64,000 bases of DNA from Azolla caroliniana (GCA_043228905.1 JBHGNT010000010.1:20522001-20586000); one strand, 5' to 3'. Positions 37,504 to 50,958 are shown, counted from the first letter of the stretch. Notes: generated by a model from the sequence alone, not told the origin. Numbers and translations are program-made.

Positions 37504-39634
37504 TCAATAGTGTGAAAGGCTCATTGGCTTCTTCCGCACCGAAGTACACCAATTCTCGAAGCAGTGTTGCAAATTCGGCCATTCTGAAGGTGATGAAATA
37601 TACTCTTTAAGCCATCCAGTGAGAACAGTTTCTTGTTGAGCAATATTGAGTGATATGATATTCTCCTCAAGAGATTTTAAAATGGATGCCTTCTCTGGAG
37701 GAGTGAAGCTCGGAGAATCAAGCCCACTTTTTGCATGGCAGAACAAAGGCAACCATAATCGAAGAAGATCAGCTTTCAAGACGCCGATCAAATAATCTGA
37801 CTCACATAATGCCAATTCTTTCAACAGCAACACTGCCATAAAGAAAACAGAAAATAGGAAATTCACACACATGTTGAAGGGAAAAACGCCATACTCTTTT
37901 AAGTTTTACAAAAAACTGACCAAAGTACTCTTCTCTAGTTGAAGTTTGGTTTTTACAGAGGGGTGTTATAGTAGTTATCTAACAATCTCCTTTTTATCTC
38001 ATTGTTTCATATTGTAACTTCACACTAGACTAAATACATATTTCCATCATACTCTTGGGCACTATGAATGGGCCATTGCCATATGCACCATAGCGACTAT
38101 CAATCTATTTATGAGTGCCGAAGTTCACATGTTTGATGTCCAAGTTATGACCATGGACCTTTCACCCTAGGCTGGACATTAGAAGTGTCTACCAAGATGT
38201 CTACAGAGGTATCTCCTACCCATTGAACAACAAACTGGTTCATATTATTCTCTCAATCATGAAACATAAAGATAAATACCAGAAACACGTAGAAGTGACG
38301 CCTGAACACGTGGATGAGCTGAGAGAGAAAGCTTGGAAAGCCGAGACTCAATGCTCCACATCCTCGAAGCTTCATAAATGGACGAGCATTCCTTGAACTT
38401 CTCAGTAATCCACACGAGCTCTTGTGAGAGTTTCTCAGCCACTGCACTAATGCTCGATCCACTTGATGCTGACATTAAGGGCGGCAACTCAGATGACATG
38501 CGTGTGAGCGCAGCCATAGGGAATAGTAGATTACAGATATATAAGCACATCTTCTCTATAGAGAAAGGGCTCAAATCATTATTCGGAGAATTACGAACAT
38601 GACCCCTTGAGAAAACGGAACGAGCTAGGTACCACGACCAGCTATTTCCTTTCACTTCTTGTTGTTGCTGGAGTTCCAGAGATAGGGATAGAAGTTCCAC
38701 AGTTCTTGAAAAAGCAGCTTGTAGTGCTACTTTGTTTGTATCCCATAATGTTGGGTCACCATGAGTGATGTTTTGTATGATGATTTTATCGACCAAAGAA
38801 CGGGCATACTCATACTTCTCCGATGAAACTGGAGTGTCATTCACCAAAGCAAGCACCTAAAATGCAGAGAGAACCAAAATAACAAATCATGACCACAAAT
38901 CATTCACATTATAGGTGTCTTTATGCTAAATTGAAACAAGCTATAGACTCACAAAATCATGCATGGCTCTTCTTACAACCAATCACAATTAGCAACCCAG
39001 AAAACACCTATTCCACTTAAATTCGCAATTGATAAGTCAATTCAAAATATAGGTATCCTTAATACAGTCGTTTGTACATTTCAAATTTCTATTAAACCCT
39101 TGAGGTCTGGTCAAATACCAGGCCTTCTTATCCTTCATTCAATTGATCATACCAGTTAGAATTTCTGAATCGTAAACCCTAAACTATCTGAATTGTAATT
39201 CATCGGCCATAAAAATGTTTACCACCCTTAAAATCACCTCTACCTGGATTTAAATAATGAATAATTTCGTCAAGCACATTTGTCAACAGCAGAACGAAAA
39301 CTTTTAACTTTCAGTTCATTTACATGTAGAAAAGAATCACCTGACAAAGGGCTCTATGCATGGCATTATCCATGTAAAGAGCGTCATCCATGGTTGAATT
39401 TCTTTCCATTATCTTAATGCTTGGGAGGTGTTCAAAGACTGAATGTGTGACCCAAATAATAAACCCAACAGCAAGAAACAATGCCTTCTTTACCAGATCC
39501 AAAGCTACCAATCTTCCATTCTCAACTTTGGTACTTCTTGAGAGGCTTAACGAACTCAGAACACAAGCCAATCGGAGAAGAATAGGGCTTCCAATGAGAT
39601 ATTTGAAAAGAGGGTTGAGCTGACTTGCAACCAT
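37504..39634 (-). CDS. At5g64230/At3g19920-like protein (BTB/POZ At3g05675-related family); exons 39634-39341, 38856-38280, 37832-37504
   Basis: RALCQ|VLALVND.P.SS.KYEYARSL, AEKLSQELVWIT, LSAHPRVQASL, LWLPLFCHA, QQETVL..WL...WPNLQHCFENWC. Splice phases are consistent; the start codon is inferred. Confidence 0.75.
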
Positions 39635-41057
39635 TCTTAGAAATTTGAAACAAAGATTTTTCTTTGTTATTCCAGTTTTTGCCAATGTTGATGCTTAGAA
39701 GAATGGAAATAAGACTATTAATTTCTGTCACTTGTCTCCCAATCTTCTGGTATCCATCCGGTCCTAATATAGAAGGTCATGTTCATTTCCACCATTTGTT
39801 CACCCAAAAGAGAACATGGATGGCTCCTAATTGCTGCAAATCAAACGAGAAAACCCAACTTTGTTTGAGAGAGAAGTAACACCTACATGCATCCATACAT
39901 CCATACACACACATACATGCACATATACAGGTTATAGAAAAGTCAAGATTCATATCCAGAAACAAATAATTGTGAAGAAGTGAATATAGACATAATGATC
40001 TAGGGCCATGAAGAAATGATGATAATAAATACTGTCACACACCTGTCTCATGTTTTATTTTCTCTAATGGCACTAAAATTCTAAGAGTTTGGATGTCCAT
40101 AAGCTTAAAGGGTCTTAAGTGCATCCACCTCATAAAAAGCTCTTTTTTACAGACACACAATCATCAAAAGCTTTGATTTTCATGATTATCAGGATTTTTT
40201 TCTACAGGTAGAGAATGAGATTTTTTATGTCAATCCATTTCTCTTTCATACCCTAATTTACTGATCCGTGAGGGTAAAATTTAGCAACATGTAATGATTT
40301 TCTTTCACAATTCTATTATATTTAGATGTAGACCGTGCTGAAGCAAAAACACTTAGTCTCTGAACAAAAAAAAGTGATCACAATGAATTCACTTGCCAAT
40401 GTCGAGAAGAAAGTAACCCCCTTTGATGTTTTGTGAGCCTATTGCCAAATTAGTATTTGGCTACTAAATTATTTTCAAAATGATCTTAGGTGGTTTTCTC
40501 AAGTCAAATTTTTGCCACACAATTAACATTACAAAGGATAAGATTTGAATTGAGGTACATTTTATTCATGAGAAACCCACACCCATGTTTAAGGGAATGA
40601 TTTCCCAAGATAAGAATTGACAAAAAAATCGACCAACTAGCCTTGCAATAAAGAACCAATGATGCATTAACAGTCCTATCTGCACAAATTGCACCTCCCT
40701 GAAGTGAATTGTATTGATTCGTTGTATCAACTTTCTGTCCCAAGAGAAAGATGCAATGAATCCAACATATAATTGCACAAATAACAGACATACATATAGT
40801 CAAGGAAAAGAGGGCGAATTTGACCATATTAGTTAGAAAAAAAAACTGATATAATTTCTCTTTCAGTGATGATCGAGAAATAACAAGAACTCAGGGGTAG
40901 GCCAGACTTTTGTCCAATACATATACATAAGCACATATACTGGACATATCTATACAGACAGGTACACATACTACTTACATACAAAATACATGAGGAAACC
41001 TGGAGACTACTGTAAACAGACATAAATGAGAGCAACGTAACGTCAGATACTCTCCTC

Positions 41058-41288
41058 CTTCACACAAACGGTGCGTAGAACATAGGGCATGTACATGCAC
41101 ATGGAAAACAGAGCAAAGTCATAGATACAGATGGAGATGGAGATGGAGATGGAGGTATTTAATTTTATACACACCTTCACACAGGGTGCGGGGAGAACAC
41201 ATATGGCAGGTACATGCACATGCAAAACGAAGCAAAAATGGCAGAGACAGAGATGGAGATGGAGATGGAGATTGAGATGGAGATGCAG
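41058..41288. repeat. ~118-bp diverged tandem duplication with (GAGATG)n
   Basis: cttcacaca...ggtgcg...tacatgcacatg.aaaac...agatggagatggagatg occurs twice. Confidence 0.75.
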
Positions 41289-41393
41289 AATTATACGCAC
41301 CTGGATCGGAAGGCGCTCTGTCTGCTACTGTGCGTCCGGATGAGGAGGGCGGAGGGAAGGGGAGATGATGAAAGGGGTTTCTTGTAGGCCGCA

Positions 41394-41560
41394 TGGACGG
41401 GCCATATGGAAGGCCCCGATGGGCGGGTGGACAAATGGGCGGGCGGATGGAAGGCCCAGAATGGGTGGGTGGCTGGACAAATGGATGGGCGGATGGAAGG
41501 CCCAGATGGGCTGGTGGACAAATGGGCGGGCGGACGGAAGGCCCCGATGGGCGGGAATGG
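41394..41560. repeat. GC-rich ~40-bp tandem repeat (about 4 copies) in the putative promoter
   Basis: ggaaggccc(c/a)gatgggc(g/t)ggtggacaaatgggcgggcgga units. Confidence 0.85.
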
Positions 41561-41580
41561 AATTTTGGAACTTTTCAATG

Positions 41581-42127
41581 TAGCAATAGGCCTGGTTTCA
41601 GCTCGAACCGAACCGAACCGTTAATCCATGGTTGAACGGCTTATCGGTTCCAAAATATTTTTATTAAGATTGGTTTGGTTTGGGTTATAAATAAACGGTT
41701 CAGTTTTAGTTCGGTTGGGTTCTAATACTCAAGTTTTTTGGTTTATAGGTTTGGTTTAAAGGTTTATGGGTTGGTGAGCTTTTTTCCCCCTCACTTAATG
41801 GTTTAATTAATGCTTTTTTATTGATTTAATCAATGCCCTTTAATTTAATCGTTTAATTAATGTTTTTTAATAAATTTAACTTAAATTTTTATTTAATTTA
41901 ATGTATTTTTGTTTATTTAGTTTTTTAATTAGTTTGACATAAGTGGTTAGGTTTAAATTTGTTATTAAATGGGTCGGTTTGGTTTCAAAATTTCCCTAAA
42001 CGGTTTGGGTTTAAATGCTTTGGTTTAAATCTCCTGAGAGTTCCTAAACGGTTTGGTTTGGTTTTTGTTTTATATAAATGGTTTGGTTTCAAGGCAAAGA
42101 AACCAAACTCAACTGGGCCCATTGCTA
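41581..42127. mobile_element. hAT-type MITE of the same family as 23873-24670, inverted orientation
   Basis: TIRs TAGCAATAGGCC / GGCCCATTGCTA, GGTTT/CGGTT arrays, imperfect flanking duplication cttttcaatg / cttttcatg. Confidence 0.82.
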
Positions 42128-42749
42128 CTTTTCATGGACATGAGCGTTGCTTAAAACTTACTACGATGTTTTATGCACCCACAAATGAGCATTAATTAAA
42201 CAAAATGTCGATTGGTAGAATTATTATTGGCTCAACAACAACCCACACGACTTAAGTCATTCCCTTCGAAACCATTGGCAAACCCACCTGACATACAAAA
42301 ACATGTCACTCTATTAGGGGACAACTTTCTAGTGAGGTCATTGTAAGAAAGCTTGCATATTGTCATGAAGTTAAACTAAGATGCTAACAACTTTCTCTTT
42401 CAATTTCCTTATCCAACGGTATAGCACATGATTAATAACCTTATGCACCTTATTTCTTCAAAGTCACTAAGACCTTTAACATGTTTAATGTTACGTAAGC
42501 AACACACTATGATCTTGACATTTTTAGTGTTTTGAGGTGGCAACTGTATTAAGTGAACATGCATGAATCACCTCATGGTTGTACTGATTCAATTTCGATT
42601 CATCATCTTTTCATGAAAAAATATAATTACCTTAATCAAAAGGTATGATGCATCTCAAATTGTTGTTACAAAGAAATTGCTCTCATAACATAGTTTAAAT
42701 ATCTCTTGTTGTTCCCATCTCTTTTCTAGCATTATGCACACTATTAATT

Positions 42750-42998
42750 GTTTTGGAGAATCTACGCGATAGTTTTCAACACTATGTTTTGGCTTCCATT
42801 TCCTTGATCACTATGTAGCAATGATTACATTTGTTACTATATTAAGCAATTATTTATAATAGTATACCTATGTAGTTTTGGAGAATCTAGTGGAGAGTTT
42901 TTGACACTTTGTTGTGGCTTCAATTTCCTTCGTCACTATGTAAGCAATGATTACATTTGTTACTATATCAAGGGATGATTTTATTATAGTATACCTAT
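42750..42998. repeat. ~126-bp diverged tandem duplication
   Basis: ttttggagaatcta...tcactatgta.gcaatgattacatttgttactat...atagtatacctatg occurs twice. Confidence 0.8.
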
Positions 42999-44644
42999 GG
43001 AAAGTTATGCATTGAGCTAACCATCTTTTTTTGAACTTTGTGTGGGCCACATGTTCTCCCATTTAGGCTAGGTTCACATTAGCATGATCATTGAGAAGAT
43101 GTAAGAAAGGAAGGGGTGCATAATATGATGACATGACAAAGATGAATTGGTTGCATTAGAAGTCTAATAATGGTGGAGAGTTCTTTTGTACTATATATCT
43201 ATTGAGAGGAGCCTATTGTTTCAAGAAACCCTATATTTGAGGAGGAAAAAATAGTTGTGTTTCTTGTTATTAATATAGCTTTGGCTTCTTCAATTTTTTA
43301 CTAAAAATAAGAGGATGTCCTTTTACTAATTAGTTTTTTTGCTTAAGTACAATAAAAATATGTATGACTATTTCAATATATGAATAATTGTCAAACTAAG
43401 AAGTAGTGCATCATATCATGCTGTGCATGTCATGCCTTGTTTATGTAAGAGAAAGTTCATGGTGTAAAATGATTGGTTGTACCAAAAGTAAGTGAAATGA
43501 AGAAGTCTGGGTGGCCAAAATTTTCAAGCATACTATGCAAAATTGAAATTGGCCATCTAGGATTCTTAGGCACCAAACGCCGCCATCCCACAAGCTGCTA
43601 TTATTTCCAAAAGAGTCATGTGACATGTCTGGCCAAAGAAGATTGTTAATACTCACTCATTACCAACAAACTCAATTGTTTCAACTATATAGAAAACTTA
43701 GAAGAATCTTTAGATGATCAAGATTCAACATGCAACATGGTTTGGAAACTAATGTTTTTTAGTTTTATCAACTCTTGCCTCTTCTAGGATAAACCCAAGA
43801 TTGTATGGTACCTACACATATTCCACGCTTCATCGCCAAATAGTCTAGAAGTGGCAAAAATGGTAGTTTACTTGGATATGGTAAGAATATTGTTGTCATT
43901 CCATTGCTATAATACCTCTTTCATTACAAGCGATGTTCACAATTAGACCAATCTCGCTATTTCAAATAGCGAGAGCCAAGTGCTTCAATTTCTTAGGAAA
44001 CAAGCACTTTATCCTCAACTGGTGGTGTATAGATGGCAACAATGCTAGAATTGCATATGTTAAGCTTAACTTTCTTGTAGCCTCTTCCTGTGTGTATAGA
44101 TGAAAACAATGCTAGACTTGCATATGTTAAGCACAACTTTCTTTTAATTGGTTCCCTTTGCCATTGCAAGGATTTCATGAGTAATTTAAAGTCCATGTTG
44201 TAAATTGTGAGTATCAAAATGTTTTGATTTCCTTCAATGTTGCTATTCACGTGCACTTTGGCTACCCTTTCCTCCAAGCATGTGACCATCATCTAACATT
44301 GGATTACCCAATAAAAAGATTTATTGGCTTTTATCCAATTACTCGAAGCATTACAAAGTACATGGTTATGCTCTTAACCTCCTTGCCTCTTTGTTGAATG
44401 GGGTTATTGGTTGCTTTACCACAAGAGGGCATGTTGAAGAGTATGTGTATATAAAATCGAGGAAAAGAAAGGACACCACGTCCATGTTTTAACCAGCCAC
44501 ATTGGAAGCTCTCAGCATGGAATGGAGAACAATCCAACATAGATCTAAGTTCGAATACTCAATATCGGAAATATTCCCAATGTTGACTGGCCAAGCCTCG
44601 AGCTCATGTTCAGATACCCGTACCCAAGAGAGGGAGAAATGTCA

Positions 44645-47600
44645 TCACACTGATGATACCGCAAGTATAGCATCTGTTGAGTATTCAAAGGCCCATTTAC
44701 CAGTCGATAGATTCCCTGACTTTTGGCATGCACCTAACAAACTATGCCACACCACAAGATTCGGACCAAATGGCATTTCTTCAATCATAGTTGTTGCCTT
44801 ATCTAATTGACCTATACGGCCAACGAGGTCAATCATGCAACTATGATGCTCAATTGTTGGAGCTATACGGTAGTCTTTGCTCATCATATGAAAATATAAT
44901 AGGCTCTTATGCAATTGACCTAAGCGACTACATGCATTAAGAATGACAACAAAAGTAACCTGATTTGGCTGAATGCCATCTCCTATCATTTCATCATATA
45001 GATAAAAAACGTTCTCATTCCGACCGATTTGAGCGTACCCTGCCATCAGCGCAGTCCACGAAACCACATTGCAAACTTTAAGATTGTCAAACACTTCTCG
45101 TGCTTTGATGATTGAGCCACATTTTGCGTACATGTTAACTAAGCTGCTACCAATGACCACGTCTGATTCCAGGAAACCTCTTTTTTCTACATCATCATGT
45201 AATTCTCTGCCTTTGCTCGTCATTCCTACAATGCCACATGCTTTTAGGATGCAAATAATTGTGATAGCATTTGGCGTGACTCTCTGAAGTTGCATCTTTT
45301 CAAAAAACTTGAGCGCTTCCTCACCCTGACCATAGTTAGCATATCCTGCTATCAGTGAGGTCCATGTGACTACAGTTTGGGCCAAAAGGCTATTGAAAAC
45401 TTGATGTGCTTCTACAAATAGACCATATCTTGCATACATATCTATTAAACAACTGCCGACAAATTGATTGCTTTTTAGCAATTCATTCCCTGTAATCTGA
45501 CAATGTAATTGTTTTCCTTTGTGTATGGTTTCCACTTGACCACAAGCCCTCAAGCTGCAAACAAAGTTTATGCTATCTGATGAAACACCCTCTAGTTCCA
45601 TTTGTTGAAAACACTTGAATGCTTCATGAGCATGCCCATGTTCAGAATATCCAGTTAACAGTGCTGTCCACGAGACCACATCATGAGAGGGAAGCTCTTC
45701 AAACACTTCCTTTGCCCTTGCAAGCATGCCACATTTGGCATATGCATAGACTGAGGCACAGCCCACAACTAAGTCTGTTTTCAACAACCCCTGCCTCTCA
45801 ATCTCATTAGATAAATCTTGAAGCTTTTCCAAATTTTTTAGATTACTACATGCTTTTAAAATGCAAGAAAATGTGATAGGATTTGGAGAAATACCTTCAA
45901 GTTGCATCAGTTCAAAACATCGAAGTGCCTTTTCAGAATGCCTATGTTCAGCATATCCAGCAATAAGAGTGGTCCACGAAATGACATCTCGAACTAAAAT
46001 CCTATCAAACATATGTTGAGCTACAGAAATTGATCCACATTTTGAATACATGTTCACTAAGGAGTTACAAAGAACTGTATCATTCTCGATGACACCCCAT
46101 TTCCTAATCTCAGCATCTATTTCTTGCCCTTTGCAGATGGTTCCTATCTCTCCACAAGCTCTCAAACAGCAAATAAACGTAACAACATCCGCTGGCACCC
46201 CCTTATCTCGCATTTCTTTGAAGCATCTTAATGCCCCAAAATTAAGACCATGTTCAATGTATCCTGCAATTAATACATTCCATGAAGTTGTGTCTTGCAC
46301 CGGAAGCTTATCAAACACTCGTTCTGCCATGACAATTGAGCCACATTTTGCATACATATCAAGCAATGCAATTCCCACAGCATTATGTCTCTCCAACAAA
46401 CCCCTTTGCTGAACATCAACATGTATTTCCCGACTCATCTCATTGCATTGTATGCTACCACAAGATATCAAAATTGAAAGGACAGTAATGGAGTCTGAGA
46501 AGGTTCCCTCAGTTTGCATCTGTTTATAGCATTGAAGTGCTTCCAGATTATAGCCATGTTCCACATATCCAGCAATAACCACACTCCATGAAACTAAATT
46601 TCTTATTAAAAGCTTGTCGAACACTTCTCTTGCAGCTCCCAAATAGCCATTCTTTGCATATACATTCAGCAATGCATTGCCAATAAAAGGATCTCCCATT
46701 TGCAATCCCTCGCTCTCAATCTCAGAATGTACTTCTCTGACAATCTCCATAGTTCCAACAGATTTAAGGGCACAAGAAAATGTGATCGCATTAGGAGTCA
46801 TACCCTCCAGCTGCATCTGATGAAAACATTTTTGTAATTGTTTGTTAAGTCCATGATCAGCATATCCTGCAATTAATGAGGTCCATGAAATTATATCTCT
46901 GTAGGGAAGATTGTCAAAAACTTCCTCTGCTTTAGCAAAGAAGCCACATTTTGCATACATACCAACTAATGTGTTACCAATAACGAGATTGCTCTGAATC
47001 AACCCCAGTCTTGCAATCTCAGCATGCATTGCGTCACCCTTGTCTAGAGCCCCAACAGTAATATAAGTTTTCAATGCGTAGAGGAACGTGATAGCATTTG
47101 GAGAAATTCCATTATGTAGCATACATTCAAGACACCTAAGTGCCTCTTCACCATGCCCATTGTCAGCATAGCCTGCAATCAATATGTTCCATGTAACTAC
47201 ACTTTGGGTAGGAATTTTATCAAACACCGTCTGGGCTTGTTCAAGACACCCACATTTAATGTACAATTCAACGAGGGTGCCACCAATGAAATCATTTGAC
47301 TCCAGCAATCCTCTTTGAACAATTTCAGCATGTATCTCATGCCCTTTCATTATATCACTTTCACTACCACAAGCCTTCAAACCGCAAACAATTGTGTGAG
47401 CACTTGGATGAATACCCTCATATTGCATGCATCCATAGCAGTCCATTGCTTTTCCACCATGGCCAATATCAACATATCCTGCAATCAGACATGTCCACGA
47501 AACTACATCTCGAACAAGAATCTCTTCAAAGATAGCCTGCGCATCAGCAAGCAAACTACATTTAGCATACATGTCAATCAACGTATTTCCAACAATATCT

Positions 47601-48355
47601 ATTTTGAGAAAACCTAGTTGTTCAATCTCAGCATGTATTTGCTTGATTTTATGTGCATCCCCTAAGCTTCCACATGCTTTCAATCTATAAATAGACGTGA
47701 CAACATTCGGTAATATACCTTCTACTTTCATTTCTTCCAAATACTTAAGTGCATCCTCGAACTTACCACATTCAACATATCCAGAAGAAAGTGAAGTCCA
47801 AAGCACTACATTCCGAATAGAAAATCGATCAAATAGTTCTTGTGCTCTGGCAAGCCAACCACATTTCACATACATATCAACCAGAGCAGCACAAACGAAA
47901 ATGTTTTCTTCAAATGATCCCATTCTTATCACTTCAGAATGAATTTCTATGCCTTTTTTGAGGTCTTTCAGCATCTTACACGCATTGAGTATGCAAACAA
48001 AATGATATCCCGACCAATTTCTACATGAACCATTATTTTTCATCCTTTCATGCAGAGAAAGGACATGCTCTGGCATACCACATTTAAGATAACCTTTGTA
48101 GAGGTGAATCCATGACCATTCACAAGGATTAATCAACTTATCAAACACTCTTTTTGCATCATTTATACTTCTTAGAGTTGCAAAAAGCGCAATTAGGCAC
48201 CTACCAAATGAAGGATCTGCATCCAGTCCACTGCGGCATATGTAGGAATGTAAGCGCAAGGCATCTTCCCAGTTTGCATTGTGTTTGAAAGAATGTAAAA
48301 TGGTAGATATGGAAGGTTCAAAAGAAGATCGTGTCTTCTCTACTAAGGTAACCAT
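44645..48355 (-). CDS. PLS-class pentatricopeptide repeat protein (1236 aa, single exon) ending in an E1-like motif; probable organellar RNA-editing factor
   Basis: About 11 P-L-S triplets (LVDMYAKCG..A..VFD; VVSWT.LIAGY; PN.ITF...LKACG); C-terminal EHHSCMIDLVGR.G...MPF.PNLVVWHSLLGAC; no DYW domain. Confidence 0.96.
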   Translation of the reverse strand: MVTLVEKTRSSFEPSISTILHSFKHNANWEDALRLHSYICRSGLDADPSFGRCLIALFATLRSINDAKRVFDKLINPCEWSWIHLYKGYLKCGMPEHVLSLHERMKNNGSCRNWSGYHFVCILNACKMLKDLKKGIEIHSEVIRMGSFEENIFVCAALVDMYVKCGWLARAQELFDRFSIRNVVLWTSLSSGYVECGKFEDALKYLEEMKVEGILPNVVTSIYRLKACGSLGDAHKIKQIHAEIEQLGFLKIDIVGNTLIDMYAKCSLLADAQAIFEEILVRDVVSWTCLIAGYVDIGHGGKAMDCYGCMQYEGIHPSAHTIVCGLKACGSESDIMKGHEIHAEIVQRGLLESNDFIGGTLVELYIKCGCLEQAQTVFDKIPTQSVVTWNILIAGYADNGHGEEALRCLECMLHNGISPNAITFLYALKTYITVGALDKGDAMHAEIARLGLIQSNLVIGNTLVGMYAKCGFFAKAEEVFDNLPYRDIISWTSLIAGYADHGLNKQLQKCFHQMQLEGMTPNAITFSCALKSVGTMEIVREVHSEIESEGLQMGDPFIGNALLNVYAKNGYLGAAREVFDKLLIRNLVSWSVVIAGYVEHGYNLEALQCYKQMQTEGTFSDSITVLSILISCGSIQCNEMSREIHVDVQQRGLLERHNAVGIALLDMYAKCGSIVMAERVFDKLPVQDTTSWNVLIAGYIEHGLNFGALRCFKEMRDKGVPADVVTFICCLRACGEIGTICKGQEIDAEIRKWGVIENDTVLCNSLVNMYSKCGSISVAQHMFDRILVRDVISWTTLIAGYAEHRHSEKALRCFELMQLEGISPNPITFSCILKACSNLKNLEKLQDLSNEIERQGLLKTDLVVGCASVYAYAKCGMLARAKEVFEELPSHDVVSWTALLTGYSEHGHAHEAFKCFQQMELEGVSSDSINFVCSLRACGQVETIHKGKQLHCQITGNELLKSNQFVGSCLIDMYARYGLFVEAHQVFNSLLAQTVVTWTSLIAGYANYGQGEEALKFFEKMQLQRVTPNAITIICILKACGIVGMTSKGRELHDDVEKRGFLESDVVIGSSLVNMYAKCGSIIKAREVFDNLKVCNVVSWTALMAGYAQIGRNENVFYLYDEMIGDGIQPNQVTFVVILNACSRLGQLHKSLLYFHMMSKDYRIAPTIEHHSCMIDLVGRIGQLDKATTMIEEMPFGPNLVVWHSLLGACQKSGNLSTGKWAFEYSTDAILAVSSV

Positions 48356-50409
48356 ATTTCTTCCTCTTCTTTCTCTAACTGTTTCTCTTTCTCTTCTTCT
48401 TCTTCTTCTTCTTCTTCTTCCTACTCTTAACTCTTCCTTTTCCTCCTCTTCTTCATTCTCTTCTTCTTCTTCAGCTTTCTGTTTCTTCTTCGCTTCTGAA
48501 AGCTCTGTGCGCAGATCATGCGAGCTTCATCTTCCATTTGGCTCTCATACATACATGAACTTACTTCAAAGTTCACACTCCGCATTAAAAGAAGAAGCTC
48601 TCTATTTCATCCATGGTTTTGGGTAATGCGACAAATACCCCTCTCCCCATGAAGGGTATATATATATATAAACTGTTGAGGGAGACTGTCACTCTCACAC
48701 CATGTTTGTACCACATAAAATGCGTATAATTGAACACAAATTTTATCCAAACGAAATTTAAAAAACAAACAGATTCAATGGGTTATAATCAATCATTCAA
48801 TGACAAAATCTTCCACCCTACTTCACTTCACATCTTTTGTCTTAATACTGTTATTAATAGGAACAGACGAAGTTCTCTATTTACTAATTATATGTAGTCA
48901 ACAATTCCTAATACATATATTATGTTATTACACATATCTTTAATGGGCCAAAACAGATAATCTTCTTTATGTTAATTCTAGTCAATCACCAATCACCTGC
49001 CCAGTCCCATGATTCATCACCAATCTCCTCCACCTTCAGCACCCACATTCCATCTAGTCATTGAATTGCTCACTAATCATTTCATTGAATCAGCAATTGA
49101 TTACTCGATCCACCATCATCATCATATTCATAAAAATGTGAATATAATTAAGATCGATGCTAATCATAATGATCTCAACACCAATCTGATCTCTCGGTCA
49201 TATATTTGATAGTAATCCTGTGTTTTCTTAACATAAAATTGCTTCTGTTATAAATGTGTTTTGATCTGTTTTATATATTGCAATTTATTAAAATTTGTAT
49301 GAGTTACGTGGAATGATTCCAATTATTCTTAGTTTTTTATTATTCAGGAACCATTGAATCATTTCTGAACACAAACATGTCACGAACATGATTGATTTGT
49401 TCTATGCTTGGAATATTAAACATGTCCATACGTATGGGAGGAACTTGAAATGCTCCGAAGGTTTCCTTTATTTTACAGAATGTCCTACACTTTTCAGCAG
49501 GGATGCCCTTTCTTTTCTTGGCGTTTTGCCTTGACATAGTTTGTTTCTAAGCATGAAGAGCACAATTAATCTGTACGTAGAGAGGGATAGCTAATTGAGA
49601 CAGATAGAACTGATCCGCGTGAAGAGAAACATAACTAATCTGTATGAAGAGAGGCAGACTGAGAAAGAAAGATATATTAACGTCTTTTAAGAGGCCAAAA
49701 TGGCCGATAAGACCAATAAGAGATTACATCTTAAGTGTTTTCACAGTCTCTGAGAACAACCAACCAGAAGTAATTGTTACTAAGCTAAAAAAAGTAAACA
49801 CAAGATAAATGAAACTATAAGAAGCTTGTTATGGACACATGTACGATTCTCAAGTCAAATATATTCTACTTTTGGTCTTTCAACGCATAGGTTGATCCAA
49901 AAAGGAGAGGTCTCTGAATTGAGGGAAGCACTTGTGATGGCAAGAGATAATGCCCTTTATATGGTAAGGATAAGGGTGGTGACATTGTTGTCCAGGACCT
50001 CCATGCATGACAAATTGCTATTGCCCAATCTGTTGTAACCCCTTTGTTATGTCTTGGTCGGGAGCCTGTTTATGTAGCCCTTGACTGACTTGTAACATGA
50101 GTAAGAGTGACGGGGCTGAAGAAAGTTGAAATTGTTCTTTGTTGATGATTTTGTGTGGTTGTATTGTTGTCCTTCAACAACTTTCCCATGTGTCTCTTTG
50201 AGTTTTCGCAAGAAAAACCCAAGGACAATTGGTCCTCATATTCCATTACCTTTGCATAGTAAACTAAAGCCTTGTTTAAAGAGGCAATGCCATGATATTG
50301 AAGGATATCTACAATTCATCATATACAATTGATTTGAGATAGTATAATAGGATCCAAACAACAAAATTGTTAACATTTTTTTCCATGATCTTTCAAATAG
50401 TAAGGCTTG

Positions 50410-50495
50410 CTGTTTATATTGGGTTTCTGATTACAATACAAAGGGCAGATATACAGTTTCTGCAGTGATATACAAATATATACACATACTATATA

Positions 50496-50532
<37 letters not shown>

Positions 50533-50712
50533 ATGTGTGTATTTACACAAAGACACACATCCATTTCATACCTATACACAACAATGTTATATTTTCTTTT
50601 ATGATCTTCCAACTGGGAAGCCCTTTTTTTACATTGGCTTTATGTTTACAATACAAAGGCCAGATTTACAGTTTCTGCAGTGATACATATATATATATAT
50701 ATATATATATAT
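50410..50712. repeat. Duplicated ~60-bp segment plus (GT)n/(TA)n downstream of the PI4K stop
   Basis: ttacaatacaaagg.cagat.tacagtttctgcagtgata at about 50430 and 50646. Confidence 0.75.
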
Positions 50713-50958
50713 TCATTTCATCCCCATAACGAGATAATAATTTGCACCACTGCTATGGCGATCAAATCTGCTCCATTCTCCCACTGCATATTGGCCTCCT
50801 TTAAAAAAGAAAGAAATTTGGTCGAATTTCTACACTGATGTTACAAAACTAGTACAAACTATCAATTTCAAATTCTCTGCCCCCTCCTTTAAGGCCTTTT
50901 TGTCTTCCTCGTTACTGTTGAGATGCACATGCTCGAGCTGAAAAACTAACATTTGGAT

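Noticed and set aside
41000-41011. Possible 10-nt micro-exon on the minus strand (ttacag|tagtctccag|gtttcc)
   Set aside because: Weak donor and no way to support it without transcripts
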